Position numbers and translations under genes: made by a program
In this document: positions 7,307-15,390 of the stretch, one piece after another
How positions within the stretch are numbered: the stretch's first letter is position 1
Layout of the letters: every line of letters starts with the position of its first letter
Notes under the pieces: generated by a model
The model's input: the letters and a program-made list of their open reading frames with translations, nothing else
What the model was told of the DNA's origin: nothing
Databases searched by the model: none
Source of the DNA: Oligoflexia bacterium
Lineage (GTDB): Bacteria; Bdellovibrionota_B; Oligoflexia; Oligoflexales; JAGOVF01
Assembly (NCBI GenBank): GCA_030432875.1
Contig: JAUILP010000084.1
Span: 1-15,411 of the forward strand
Length of the DNA stretch: 15,411 nucleotides
Reading direction: 5' to 3'

Positions 7307-7858
7307 TTAATAACTTTTGCTTTTAAATATATGATTATAAATAAGGGTTCCCAGAGAGTTTTTAAGCAGAACGCGGAAACTAAACCAATAGAGAAGGGCA
7401 ACACTCCCCAAGTAAAAGAGGTTTTTGGGATGCTGGAGGCTTATTTTCAACGTGCCAAAAATTGACGCCAAGTCCTGCGTCTTTATCGTTGCCATTAGCT
7501 GACTCTGGGGATCTTTAAATAAAGCAAATAAGATAATCATAGCCAAAGTGGTCGAGATAATAAGGAAGACATCGAATAAAAAGGGCATTACGACCCGGAA
7601 TCTCACCCAAGAAGTGGCTTGAGTAAAAAATTCGCCAAGCCAAAGCATACGCGGATTCTTAAATTTTTCATCCTGATCTGGCTGAACGATTTCGCCAAAA
7701 GCCTGCTTATCGTCCATGGTCGCGCGAGCTTTCTTGATTTTTGAAAGCGCACTGCGATCATTTTGCTTGAGAGCTACCGAGGATTTAGGTTGCACAACAC
7801 CTGTTCCAATCCCCTTTAATTTTAACTCAAGCTCATACTGCAAATTTTTAGGGCGCAT
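7307..7858 (-). CDS. Hypothetical membrane protein (about 85-aa cytoplasmic N-terminus plus two predicted TM helices)
   Basis: 183-aa ORF with an AAAGGAAG Shine-Dalgarno upstream of ATG 7858. Hydrophobic segments VMPFLFDVFLIISTTLAMIILFALF and LFYLGSVALLYWFSF. I recognise no family. Confidence 0.5.
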   Translation of the reverse strand: MRPKNLQYELELKLKGIGTGVVQPKSSVALKQNDRSALSKIKKARATMDDKQAFGEIVQPDQDEKFKNPRMLWLGEFFTQATSWVRFRVVMPFLFDVFLIISTTLAMIILFALFKDPQSQLMATIKTQDLASIFGTLKISLQHPKNLFYLGSVALLYWFSFRVLLKNSLGTLIYNHIFKSKSY

Positions 7859-8111
7859 GGCTGGCTTCCTTTATTGTACAAAGATATAAGCTTATTATAA
7901 TCAATAAAACCCGCGGATGCCAGCAAATCAAAAGTAGTTGGCGCAAATATTGCAAGTTGACTGTGCCTTGGGAAGTCCCTAATCAGTATAGGCAGAGGTT
8001 TATTTAAGGCAATAAGTCAAAATTTAAGATTTTTTCTCCTTTATTGGCTATGATAATCTGGTCGCTAGGAAATCCCTAAAGGAAGAAAAAATAGAAAATC
8101 AGGAGTTTTCA

Positions 8112-8783
8112 ATGAAAATATCGCGTTACATGGTCGGAATTTTAGTCACGCTCATTTCATTTACCAGCTTTGCTCAGCCAATCCAGGTTAAAATAGAAAG
8201 CACGACGGGAGAGCAGTGGACGCCAGCAGAACTGAAATTGATTCAAAAATCAGCCGAGCTCGCGTTTGAGCGGATAGTAACCCAGAACGTTGCCCAGTGC
8301 GCCTACCGCAACAGTTTTCGTGATGATATGAGTCGCGATAAACTCAGGGAAAAATGGGGAAACCAAATTCCCATACTCAATAAGACAAAAAAAATAGCTA
8401 TTAAAATACACAAAGAAAAACTCCCTGAAAGTATCCTGGGGCTGGCGCGAGTGGGCATTGCTAAAGTTGACAAGAAAAATTTTCAAATCTCAAATTTAGA
8501 AATTTCACTCAGTCAGGAAGAAATCAATAAATTTGTAAAAGCTTACTCAAAAAAGTCAGGCTCGGATGATGCGATGAACCGCTGGATCAATGTGATAGCC
8601 CATGAAGTTGCCCACAATTTTGGTTATTCCCACGGAACAAAAGGCACCTGGGTGGAAAATTATCCCGGATATTTTGTTACCGAACTAGGTTTTTGTGTCG
8701 TAACAGAAGGCAAATTTGGCAGCGACCTGGGCGACCAAAATCTCCGCAGAGAACGCGAAGCCTTACGTAAAAAACACAAATAA
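8112..8783 (+). CDS. Secreted putative zinc metallopeptidase with HExxHxxGxxH motif (zincin-like, family unassigned)
   Basis: AGGAG Shine-Dalgarno. Signal peptide MKISRYMVGILVTLISFTSFA-QP. The motif IAHEVAHNFGYSHG matches HExxHxxGxxH exactly. There is no downstream Met-turn, so it is not a canonical metzincin. Two Cys residues (C63, C196) could form a disulfide. Confidence 0.6.
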   Translation: MKISRYMVGILVTLISFTSFAQPIQVKIESTTGEQWTPAELKLIQKSAELAFERIVTQNVAQCAYRNSFRDDMSRDKLREKWGNQIPILNKTKKIAIKIHKEKLPESILGLARVGIAKVDKKNFQISNLEISLSQEEINKFVKAYSKKSGSDDAMNRWINVIAHEVAHNFGYSHGTKGTWVENYPGYFVTELGFCVVTEGKFGSDLGDQNLRREREALRKKHK

Positions 8784-8817
8784 GCGGAACAATTTTTTTA
8801 GGCAAAAATCTCGTTGA

Positions 8818-10494
8818 TTATGGACTCATCATATCATTGCTGATTGCTATTAACGTTGCATACGTATTGATGCGGCCATAGCCATACTTTGTACTAAAAC
8901 CTGTCGCATTATTATATTTAGCCTCTTTTTCATTTATCTTATCGGCCCCTATCTTAAAATAAGCAATGACTTCCTCGCGCGTCAAATCTGGATTAAGCGA
9001 TAGTGCTAAGCCAAAGGCACCGGCTGCTATAGGGGTAGCGGCAGAAGTACCACCAAAGTTTTTTGTATAATCAAGGTTAGGCAAATCACTGCTTCCTAAA
9101 TAGGTATTGTAACCATATTTACCCGTGACATCTGTGCTCACGATACCAACCCTATCATAGTCACGAGTCGTGCTCAGAAATTCCATGCAACTGCCCCAGG
9201 CTGAACCACTGACTTTTTTATCCATATGATTTGATCCTGATATAGCGACGACTTCAGCAATGGAAGAAATATCTGGTTTACTGCCAATGCAGTCATCGCG
9301 GTTTAAGTTATTCATAGCAAAAAGAATAACGGTTCCTTTACCCCCACGCCCCTTGGTCGCAACTTCATTTATAGCATCTGTCACGACCTTCGTTTGCGGA
9401 GTCCCAATATCATAGCCCCAGCTGTTGGAGATAATATCAGCCCCTCGTTTAAGGGCATAAAGAAATGCGCGAGCATCATAAACGGGCGTAAAATTTGTTG
9501 CGATGGGAATAAGTTTACAACCGGGGCAGACCCCAATAGTGCCAAAGCCATTTTTTTGTGCGGCGATGAGACCCGCTACCGCTGTGCCATGATCAGCGTC
9601 ATAAGTGGTATTAAATGAGGCGGAGTTTGCACTAAAATTCCAGCCGATAATATCATCGATATAACCGTTACCATCATCATCTTTACGGTTTCCGGGTATC
9701 TCGCCAGCATTGGTCTGCCAAGCATCTTTCAAATCAACATGCTTCACGTCAAAACCCGAGTCTATAATCGCTACCACGATGTTAGGCGAACCTTCGGTGA
9801 TAAGCCAAGCCTCTTTCGCTTTGATGTCCGCGCCGATAGCACCCTTTGTTTGGCCGATATTTTCGAGATGCCACTGCTCAGGAAAAAATTCCTCATTTTC
9901 AGGGAGAAGCGCAGCTTGGCGAAAATCCTTGGGCACAATAAAATTGGGATGGGCGTATTCTATTTCTGGGTTTATCGACATTTCTTTAATCAGTGGTGAA
10001 ACATCGATAGTACTGCCTACTTTTATGAGATATAAATCAGGCCCAATATCCTCAAGACGGCTGATTTCGGCGATCAATTTATTTTGCTTCAAAATATTAA
10101 TGTATTGGGTAGGTTTAGTTTTGATTACGACTTCTTTGGTGAGCACGGCAACAGCGCCACTACTCCGGTCAAACCAAATGGGGGAACCCACAATCATATC
10201 GTCCTGAACATCGCCACCTTTGCTGACATTAAAACCTAAGCTGGTTAAACGTTCTAAGCCAAGTTTTTTTAAAAGCTTTACCTGAGGGTCCGTATAGTTT
10301 TTACCGCTATGATTGGTAGTTACCACCAAAGATAAGTCAACTTCATAGCTTTCAATGATTTTATCCTGATATATAAGGGGGATTTGTTCTGCCGCAAAAA
10401 TTCGCGGGCTATTAGCGCTCATTCCCAGCACTAAGTGAAATGCCCAAAAAAACACAGAACGACTGCCTAGTTTTTTGACTTTTTTACTTTGCAT
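8818..10494 (-). CDS. Secreted pre-pro subtilisin-like serine protease (peptidase S8)
   Basis: Signal peptide (MQSKKVKKLGSRSVFFWAFHLVLGMSANS). An approximately 200-aa pro-region ends in an I9-like EIEYAHPNF motif. Catalytic triad motifs are D (VAIIDSGFD), H (HGTAVAGLIAA) and S (GGTSAATPIAAGA). Confidence 0.9.
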   Translation of the reverse strand: MQSKKVKKLGSRSVFFWAFHLVLGMSANSPRIFAAEQIPLIYQDKIIESYEVDLSLVVTTNHSGKNYTDPQVKLLKKLGLERLTSLGFNVSKGGDVQDDMIVGSPIWFDRSSGAVAVLTKEVVIKTKPTQYINILKQNKLIAEISRLEDIGPDLYLIKVGSTIDVSPLIKEMSINPEIEYAHPNFIVPKDFRQAALLPENEEFFPEQWHLENIGQTKGAIGADIKAKEAWLITEGSPNIVVAIIDSGFDVKHVDLKDAWQTNAGEIPGNRKDDDGNGYIDDIIGWNFSANSASFNTTYDADHGTAVAGLIAAQKNGFGTIGVCPGCKLIPIATNFTPVYDARAFLYALKRGADIISNSWGYDIGTPQTKVVTDAINEVATKGRGGKGTVILFAMNNLNRDDCIGSKPDISSIAEVVAISGSNHMDKKVSGSAWGSCMEFLSTTRDYDRVGIVSTDVTGKYGYNTYLGSSDLPNLDYTKNFGGTSAATPIAAGAFGLALSLNPDLTREEVIAYFKIGADKINEKEAKYNNATGFSTKYGYGRINTYATLIAISNDMMSP

Positions 10495-10703
10495 AGGGCG
10501 GCATCCTTATAAAATATATTTCTAACCTCAGTCTATTTTATAGGATTTGGGGTATTTCATGAGGGATGCAAGTATTGCCTGTTATGATAAATATTTAGGG
10601 CTATTTAATATTTTGCCAAATTATTAAGGGATTTAAGTTTTATCTTTAGCCACGGCAGAATGATTTTATTTCTCTCTAAGAAGGCAATTTACCATTTTTG
10701 ACC

Positions 10704-10731
10704 GCAAAATTTTATTTCTCGGAAATTTTGC
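10704..10731. repeat. Perfect 9-bp inverted repeat GCAAAATTT-N10-AAATTTTGC in long AT-rich intergenic region (candidate operator)
   Basis: Seen in sequence, about 210-240 nt upstream of the S8 protease start codon. An imperfect direct repeat lies just upstream (12-mer AAGGCAATTTAC at 10681-10692, repeated at 11092-11103). Confidence 0.4.
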
Positions 10732-10952
10732 AAACTTATTTAAAATAATCACGATGAATTAATTGGCATAAATCACCTTTTTTATTGTTAATAAAAATTT
10801 TTTAAAAAAGATCTCAAATCAAACTAAAACTGATGCAAAAATCGCCTTCAAAACATGCGGCGCTTTGGGCTCAATTAATTTTATAGCAATATATTTAGCA
10901 AGATAACTGACATAAGAAGGAATATTATTTTCACAATCGCGTCAATTCCCGG

Positions 10953-10962
10953 GTGATATCAC
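10953..10962. repeat. Perfect 10-bp palindrome GTGATATCAC
   Basis: Seen in sequence, in the same intergenic region with a CCCGGG adjacent. A TGTGA/TCACA-like pair of half sites with a 2-nt spacer. Possible dimeric transcription-factor site. Confidence 0.3.
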
Positions 10963-11216
10963 AAGGCCTCATGACGGTTAGCCGCAAATAACTTTTCGTA
11001 TTTTAATAAATGTACGAACCAAGCAAAATGACATATGCTATAAAGATTATTTTTAAAAAATTTTTTTTGTTAATTTTTCACTTACTTGCAAAAGGCAATT
11101 TACGCCAACGCTAGTAGCGTAGGTATCCGTCGTGACAACGATCATTACGTTATTTTTGATTCTGATTACCTAAAATACATGGATGGCGATAACAAGTTTT
11201 ACTATTCAGCATGCCC

Positions 11217-13304
11217 TTATGGCACCGCACTCCCAAAAATAAGCGTCGCCATAAGAGCGGCATCATCTTTGGGCAGATTATTTTGGCGCGCATATTTCAT
11301 CGTGTGACGATAAATTTTCAGAAGGCTGCCATACGAATCTTGTAAGCTTTTTTCCGCCGACTCTGAGCTTTGATCAAATACTGTGATTTCAATTGATCTC
11401 ATGGCAAGACTTGCCGTAGATACCTGACTCAAAAACCCATCCGAAAGCATAAACGTGAGGCACGGAAGAGTAATCGCTTGCTGCTTAATTTGTGGACAAA
11501 AATAAGGCGAACCAAAGGCAGGACCTGCGGATTTTAGGTAACTCGTTTTGCCACCCACTTCGGCGAGAAGAAAGCCGTGATAACCCTGAGTCGCATATGT
11601 AATGGTTTTTTGGTTCCTATCAACAACAAAAAGCGATCCACTCGCCCCTTCAGAAAAATTGAGTAGGCTAAGATCTTGGTTTATCTGCTGGGTCAGTTCT
11701 CGCAAAAAAAATTGGGGATCGATTGAAACTGAGACAGTCTTTTTTTTAAACTCAGCCACAAAACGCTCGAAAGAAGTCGTGATCACGGTACTCACCATAG
11801 CAGCCCTAAGTCCTTTGCCTGCGACATCAAACAAAGCCCCTAGGAGATAAGTCCCTGACTCCGTCGTCAACTCCCCCAAGCTTAACCAGTCGCCGCCTAG
11901 AGTCGTTCCTGACTTGTAAAATGAACGCCACGCATAGAGGGATTTATGGCCTTTTCTTCTGGGGAGTAGACTTTTTTGAAAATCAAAAGCGAGATTTAAC
12001 TCCGTAGCGAACACTTGTTTTTTTACGGCCTCTTCCGTGATATCGGCAATTTTTTGTTTACTACTGCCCCCGTGCATAAAGGTTGCCAGAAATAGTCCTG
12101 GCACAAAAAGCAAATGTGCAAAATGGCCATAGTCTTTTCCAAGGGACATAAAGATATTCAAAAGATCAAAAATATTTATTCCGGAATAAATGAATAAAAC
12201 AGCCAGGAGCAACGTCGCCGCTTTTCGCTCACGGATTGCATTTTTCTCTTTAGAAGTGAGTTCCACATCCTTTATTGGGATCTCTTTAATTTTAGCCATG
12301 CCCATAACAATAACGATGAGACCCGTGACACACATAAGAATATCAACAATGATATCTCCCCTATAAATAGAACTTTCCGCCGAAAAAAGAAAAAAGGAGA
12401 ACACTATTAAGCCCCAATTCAGCCCTAAAAATACCCAGCGCCAAAATGATTTTAAGGGTGTAAAGGTAAAAAATTTTGCAAAAAAGAAGAACGCGCTCAT
12501 GAAAAGAAATAAATTGAGTCCTAAACCCGCCCAAAACGCTCCCTGAAAATTGCCGAAGCTGTCGACGGCGTAATAATAGTAGGACCTCAGACCGTAGGCG
12601 CAGGCGACGTATGCGAGACTCGAGAACAATCGGTGCGAACTCAAAATCATACTTAAAAGCACAATAACGAGGCACAAACCTAGATCAAGCTGTTTACGAA
12701 GCTGCATATGACTTAGGGGCCTATGCAGCAAATCTAATATGATTCCGGCATCCTTGGGTGACGCGAAAAATATAGGAAAATCCTGAGGGCCAAAAATGGG
12801 ATACCCCTGAAAGTGAATCTTTAAAACGAGTTTTTTATCTGGGCTATTTAACAAACTTTCTGCTGCGATCGTTGCCTGCAGGCTCGCATTATAACCAGAT
12901 ATTTTCTGTACATTTCCGGACCCAAAAATAATTTTTGTACTATGATGAACCATTCTGGGAAAATAGATATTCACTGTAGGGTTATTTTTTAACCATAATA
13001 TTTGTTCTGGAGAAAATACCACCGTGAGGGTTGCCGATGCGCCTTTTTGCATGATATCAACGGGGATAACTCCTGATGGAAGTGGCAACCTAATGTTTTG
13101 CATCGAAAAGATAGAATTTTCCGCACTATCAGTTATATCTAACGAAAAATTGTTTAAAAAAAGCGTATCTAAAACAGTGAGTTTATAGGTTATAGCTTTT
13201 GGCGACGAGTCTTGATTTTGTGAAGAAATCAGTAAAACCGTAGCGACAAGTAAGCTCATGAAAGAAGCAAAAAGTGCCAAGGGTCTTAACCAGGGGGATG
13301 CCAT
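11217..13304 (-). CDS. 7TMR-DISM-type membrane receptor fused to PP2C-family (SpoIIE-like) serine/threonine phosphatase
   Basis: 695 aa. It has a signal peptide and an approximately 170-aa periplasmic domain. The 7 hydrophobic helices (aa about 210-400) are rich in aromatic residues. The C-terminal domain carries SpoIIE/PP2C motifs (GGDW..., DVAGKGLRAAMVST). It starts 24 nt after the stop of the upstream TPR gene, indicating an operon. Confidence 0.85.
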   Translation of the reverse strand: MASPWLRPLALFASFMSLLVATVLLISSQNQDSSPKAITYKLTVLDTLFLNNFSLDITDSAENSIFSMQNIRLPLPSGVIPVDIMQKGASATLTVVFSPEQILWLKNNPTVNIYFPRMVHHSTKIIFGSGNVQKISGYNASLQATIAAESLLNSPDKKLVLKIHFQGYPIFGPQDFPIFFASPKDAGIILDLLHRPLSHMQLRKQLDLGLCLVIVLLSMILSSHRLFSSLAYVACAYGLRSYYYYAVDSFGNFQGAFWAGLGLNLFLFMSAFFFFAKFFTFTPLKSFWRWVFLGLNWGLIVFSFFLFSAESSIYRGDIIVDILMCVTGLIVIVMGMAKIKEIPIKDVELTSKEKNAIRERKAATLLLAVLFIYSGINIFDLLNIFMSLGKDYGHFAHLLFVPGLFLATFMHGGSSKQKIADITEEAVKKQVFATELNLAFDFQKSLLPRRKGHKSLYAWRSFYKSGTTLGGDWLSLGELTTESGTYLLGALFDVAGKGLRAAMVSTVITTSFERFVAEFKKKTVSVSIDPQFFLRELTQQINQDLSLLNFSEGASGSLFVVDRNQKTITYATQGYHGFLLAEVGGKTSYLKSAGPAFGSPYFCPQIKQQAITLPCLTFMLSDGFLSQVSTASLAMRSIEITVFDQSSESAEKSLQDSYGSLLKIYRHTMKYARQNNLPKDDAALMATLIFGSAVP

Positions 13305-13328
13305 TTTTTTTCTACCGCTAAAAAAATA

Positions 13329-14123
13329 TTAGTGACTCGTCATATCCTCTGTGGGTGGACTTGTTGTGGTTGCTTGCTGATCCTGAGATTTAGGGATACT
13401 TATCTCATTTTGTCCTAGTCTCGCATTGACCAAAAACAGCGCTTTTTTAATTTTTGCATCCTGAGGGTCTAATTGCTGCGCCCTATACCAAGCTTTTTGC
13501 GCAAGCGAGAAATTTTGCATTTTATAATAAATTGTTCCTTTCATTTTTTGCAGTTGCGGGCTGTTGGGATAATAAAGGATCAAATTGTTGAGCTCAATGA
13601 GCGCATGCTCAAATTCCACTTTTTTAAAAAGATCCTTAACCCGCGCAAGACCAAGTGTATAACTGGGAGCAGAGTAAGGCCCTTCCGCTTCACCTAAGCC
13701 CATAGCCTTGTCTAAGACGGCAAGCCCCTGGCCTTGTGCACTATCAATCCGAGGCAAAGCATTGACCAGCTCCCGATCAGTGGCTTCCGGCGTTGACTGC
13801 GCAGCATGACTATCATTAAAAGCCCCACCTGAAGCATCAAACTGCACTAAGGGAACTTGAATATCATAGTCTCGCGCAGCTCCGGGGATTTGCACCTCAT
13901 ATTCGGTGCCACCAACGGTGGATTTTATTATAAATTTTTCTTTACTATCGTCTTTACCGATGAGATCGGGATTTTCAAAAAAAGGATAGACAATACTACC
14001 CGACAAAACATCTTCTTCATAATGGGATAAACTTCCAGATGAACAAGCCACAGTGCCCGCTATGATAGGAGTCGTAAAAATCCAGACCTTAATTTTAGAA
14101 ATTGTAGGAGATGACCATTTCAC
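13329..14123 (-). CDS. TPR-repeat periplasmic (lipo)protein
   Basis: The ORF-track start is 14159. The preferred start is GTG 14123 or 14126, because of the strong AAGGAGG Shine-Dalgarno 5-8 nt upstream. This gives M/VKWSSPTISKIKVWIFTTPIIAGTVAC-SSG, a lipoprotein-like signal peptide. It overlaps the upstream OMP gene by 29 nt. The C-terminal half has TPR-like repeats (AQKAWYRAQQLDPQDAKIKKALFLVNARLGQ). Confidence 0.65.
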   Translation of the reverse strand: MKWSSPTISKIKVWIFTTPIIAGTVACSSGSLSHYEEDVLSGSIVYPFFENPDLIGKDDSKEKFIIKSTVGGTEYEVQIPGAARDYDIQVPLVQFDASGGAFNDSHAAQSTPEATDRELVNALPRIDSAQGQGLAVLDKAMGLGEAEGPYSAPSYTLGLARVKDLFKKVEFEHALIELNNLILYYPNSPQLQKMKGTIYYKMQNFSLAQKAWYRAQQLDPQDAKIKKALFLVNARLGQNEISIPKSQDQQATTTSPPTEDMTSH

Positions 14124-15333
14124 CACCGGTGCCTCCTTTAGTTTTAACATCAATTTCATTTACCGTAACGGTAGAAGCGCCGAGTTGCAGCACGCTAAGA
14201 GAAGTCACAAAACGGCGACCAAAATAAGTATCCCAACCAAGGCGCGCTGAACCTGCCAAATATTTTGTGGCAATAAGCCCTCCCACCCCAACATTAATGC
14301 CATGACGAATATCATTGTAAGATTCGATAGCCCCAATAAAATTGTGCGCATAAACGGCATAAAAACCTATCGCATTTTTAAAAGGCTCCGGCGTGGGATT
14401 TGTTTCATCAGGATCAACCTCTTCATCAGTTTTTGCTGCTTTTTTAAATAACGAATTGTTGGCAATATATGATGAGAGAATAAGCCCAAATTCTGAGCGC
14501 CGTGAATTAAACCTTTCCGTTGCCCTCAACTGAACATTGACCATGGCAGAATCAGAACTATCCCCACCAATATTGGGAATCCCTGCCCCACCCAGTCCCA
14601 TAAGAAATTTGTATTCGGGAACATAATCCTCACCGGGTCTTGATTTGGCCACTTGGCTATAATCAACCGCAAGCTTTTGATAACGACTTTTTACGGTTTC
14701 GCTATTGTAGGTTCGGGTCCACACCTGCTCCTTGGATTTGGTATCAAAAACTTCCACAGCTAAAACCATGTGCGTGGGATGGTACATAAGAACTGCGTCC
14801 ATGAAGTGGGAAATCCCAAGTTGATCTGCTGCTTCATCGAGACGAGCGAGATTAGTCGAGGGGGAGCTAATCAGAAGCTTGCCATCAACCACAGTTGAAA
14901 CCTTTGATTTGCAAGGAATACAGGAAATGATTTTGATGTGTGAGTTGTCTTTAATGCGCTCTGCCAAAAGAATTTCCAGATAATTTGAATACGATCCTGG
15001 CAATGACTCATTGACGGAAACTTTGCGCACTGCGAGATTTCTTAAGCCTTCGATTTGACCTTGTTTAACATCATAACCAAACTCAGCGAGAAGCTCATCT
15101 AGGACCTCATGAAAACGCCGTACCCGCTGTGCACTCGCTACACGGATTTCTTCTGCAGCTTGTGCCTTATCACTGTCATCCAACCCACTATCCGTGGCTG
15201 GTTTGGCCCAAGTGGGAAGCTCCTGCACCCTTTCGGTGTTAAGGTCTTCAGCAAAAGCACTTCCGGTTGCCATAATTGAAGCAAAGGTGGCGAACATAAC
15301 AATTTTTTTATAAAAATTCTTTGACCTCAGCAT
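14095..15333 (-). CDS. Outer-membrane protein: N-terminal periplasmic domain plus C-terminal beta-barrel ending in Phe
   Basis: Start chosen at ATG 15333 (MLRSKNFYKKIVMFATFASIMATGSAFA-EDL) with GAGG 6 nt upstream. The ORF-track start at 15390 lacks a signal peptide. The C-terminus ...GGTGGEMVISYNF is a typical OMP terminal aromatic, and the C-terminal half has alternating hydrophobic beta-strands. Confidence 0.7.
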   Translation of the reverse strand: MLRSKNFYKKIVMFATFASIMATGSAFAEDLNTERVQELPTWAKPATDSGLDDSDKAQAAEEIRVASAQRVRRFHEVLDELLAEFGYDVKQGQIEGLRNLAVRKVSVNESLPGSYSNYLEILLAERIKDNSHIKIISCIPCKSKVSTVVDGKLLISSPSTNLARLDEAADQLGISHFMDAVLMYHPTHMVLAVEVFDTKSKEQVWTRTYNSETVKSRYQKLAVDYSQVAKSRPGEDYVPEYKFLMGLGGAGIPNIGGDSSDSAMVNVQLRATERFNSRRSEFGLILSSYIANNSLFKKAAKTDEEVDPDETNPTPEPFKNAIGFYAVYAHNFIGAIESYNDIRHGINVGVGGLIATKYLAGSARLGWDTYFGRRFVTSLSVLQLGASTVTVNEIDVKTKGGTGGEMVISYNF

Positions 15334-15360
15334 ATGCATCCTCGATATTACAAAAATCTG

Positions 15361-15390
15361 TGTATAATTTTCTCGGCTTGAAACTGTCAA
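15361..15390 (-). promoter_or_regulatory. Sigma70-like promoter for the OMP-TPR-PP2C operon: TTGACA - 18 nt - TATACA (minus strand)
   Basis: Seen in sequence. The reverse complement of 15385-15390 is TTGACA and of 15361-15366 is TATACA. It lies about 28 nt upstream of the ATG at 15333. Confidence 0.45.

Noticed and set aside
8250-8486. 78-aa minus-strand ORF inside the HExxH peptidase gene
   Set aside because: It is an antisense artefact with a low-complexity product.
8112-8783. Calling the HExxHxxGxxH protein a metzincin (astacin/matrixin-like)
   Set aside because: No Met-turn methionine follows the motif, and no other family signature is visible. It is left as an unassigned zincin-like protein.
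9394-10207. Plus-strand ORFs 9394..9618, 9710..10207 and 9739..9999
   Set aside because: They are antisense within the S8 protease gene, whose D/H/S triad motifs validate the minus-strand frame.
11086-11307. 73-aa ORF starting with TTG that overlaps the 3' end of the PP2C gene
   Set aside because: It has a non-ATG start and no Shine-Dalgarno. It overlaps a well-supported CDS by 90 nt, and its region includes the AAGGCAATTTAC repeat. It is probably non-coding. It would only be worth revisiting if ribosome-profiling data showed translation.
11602-12675. ORFs 11602..11850 (+) and 12361..12675 (-) within the 7TM-PP2C gene
   Set aside because: One is antisense and the other is on the same strand but out of frame, inside a CDS with clear domain architecture.
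13473-14250. Plus-strand ORFs 13473..13697 and 14053..14250
   Set aside because: They are antisense to the TPR and OMP genes, with no ribosome-binding sites.
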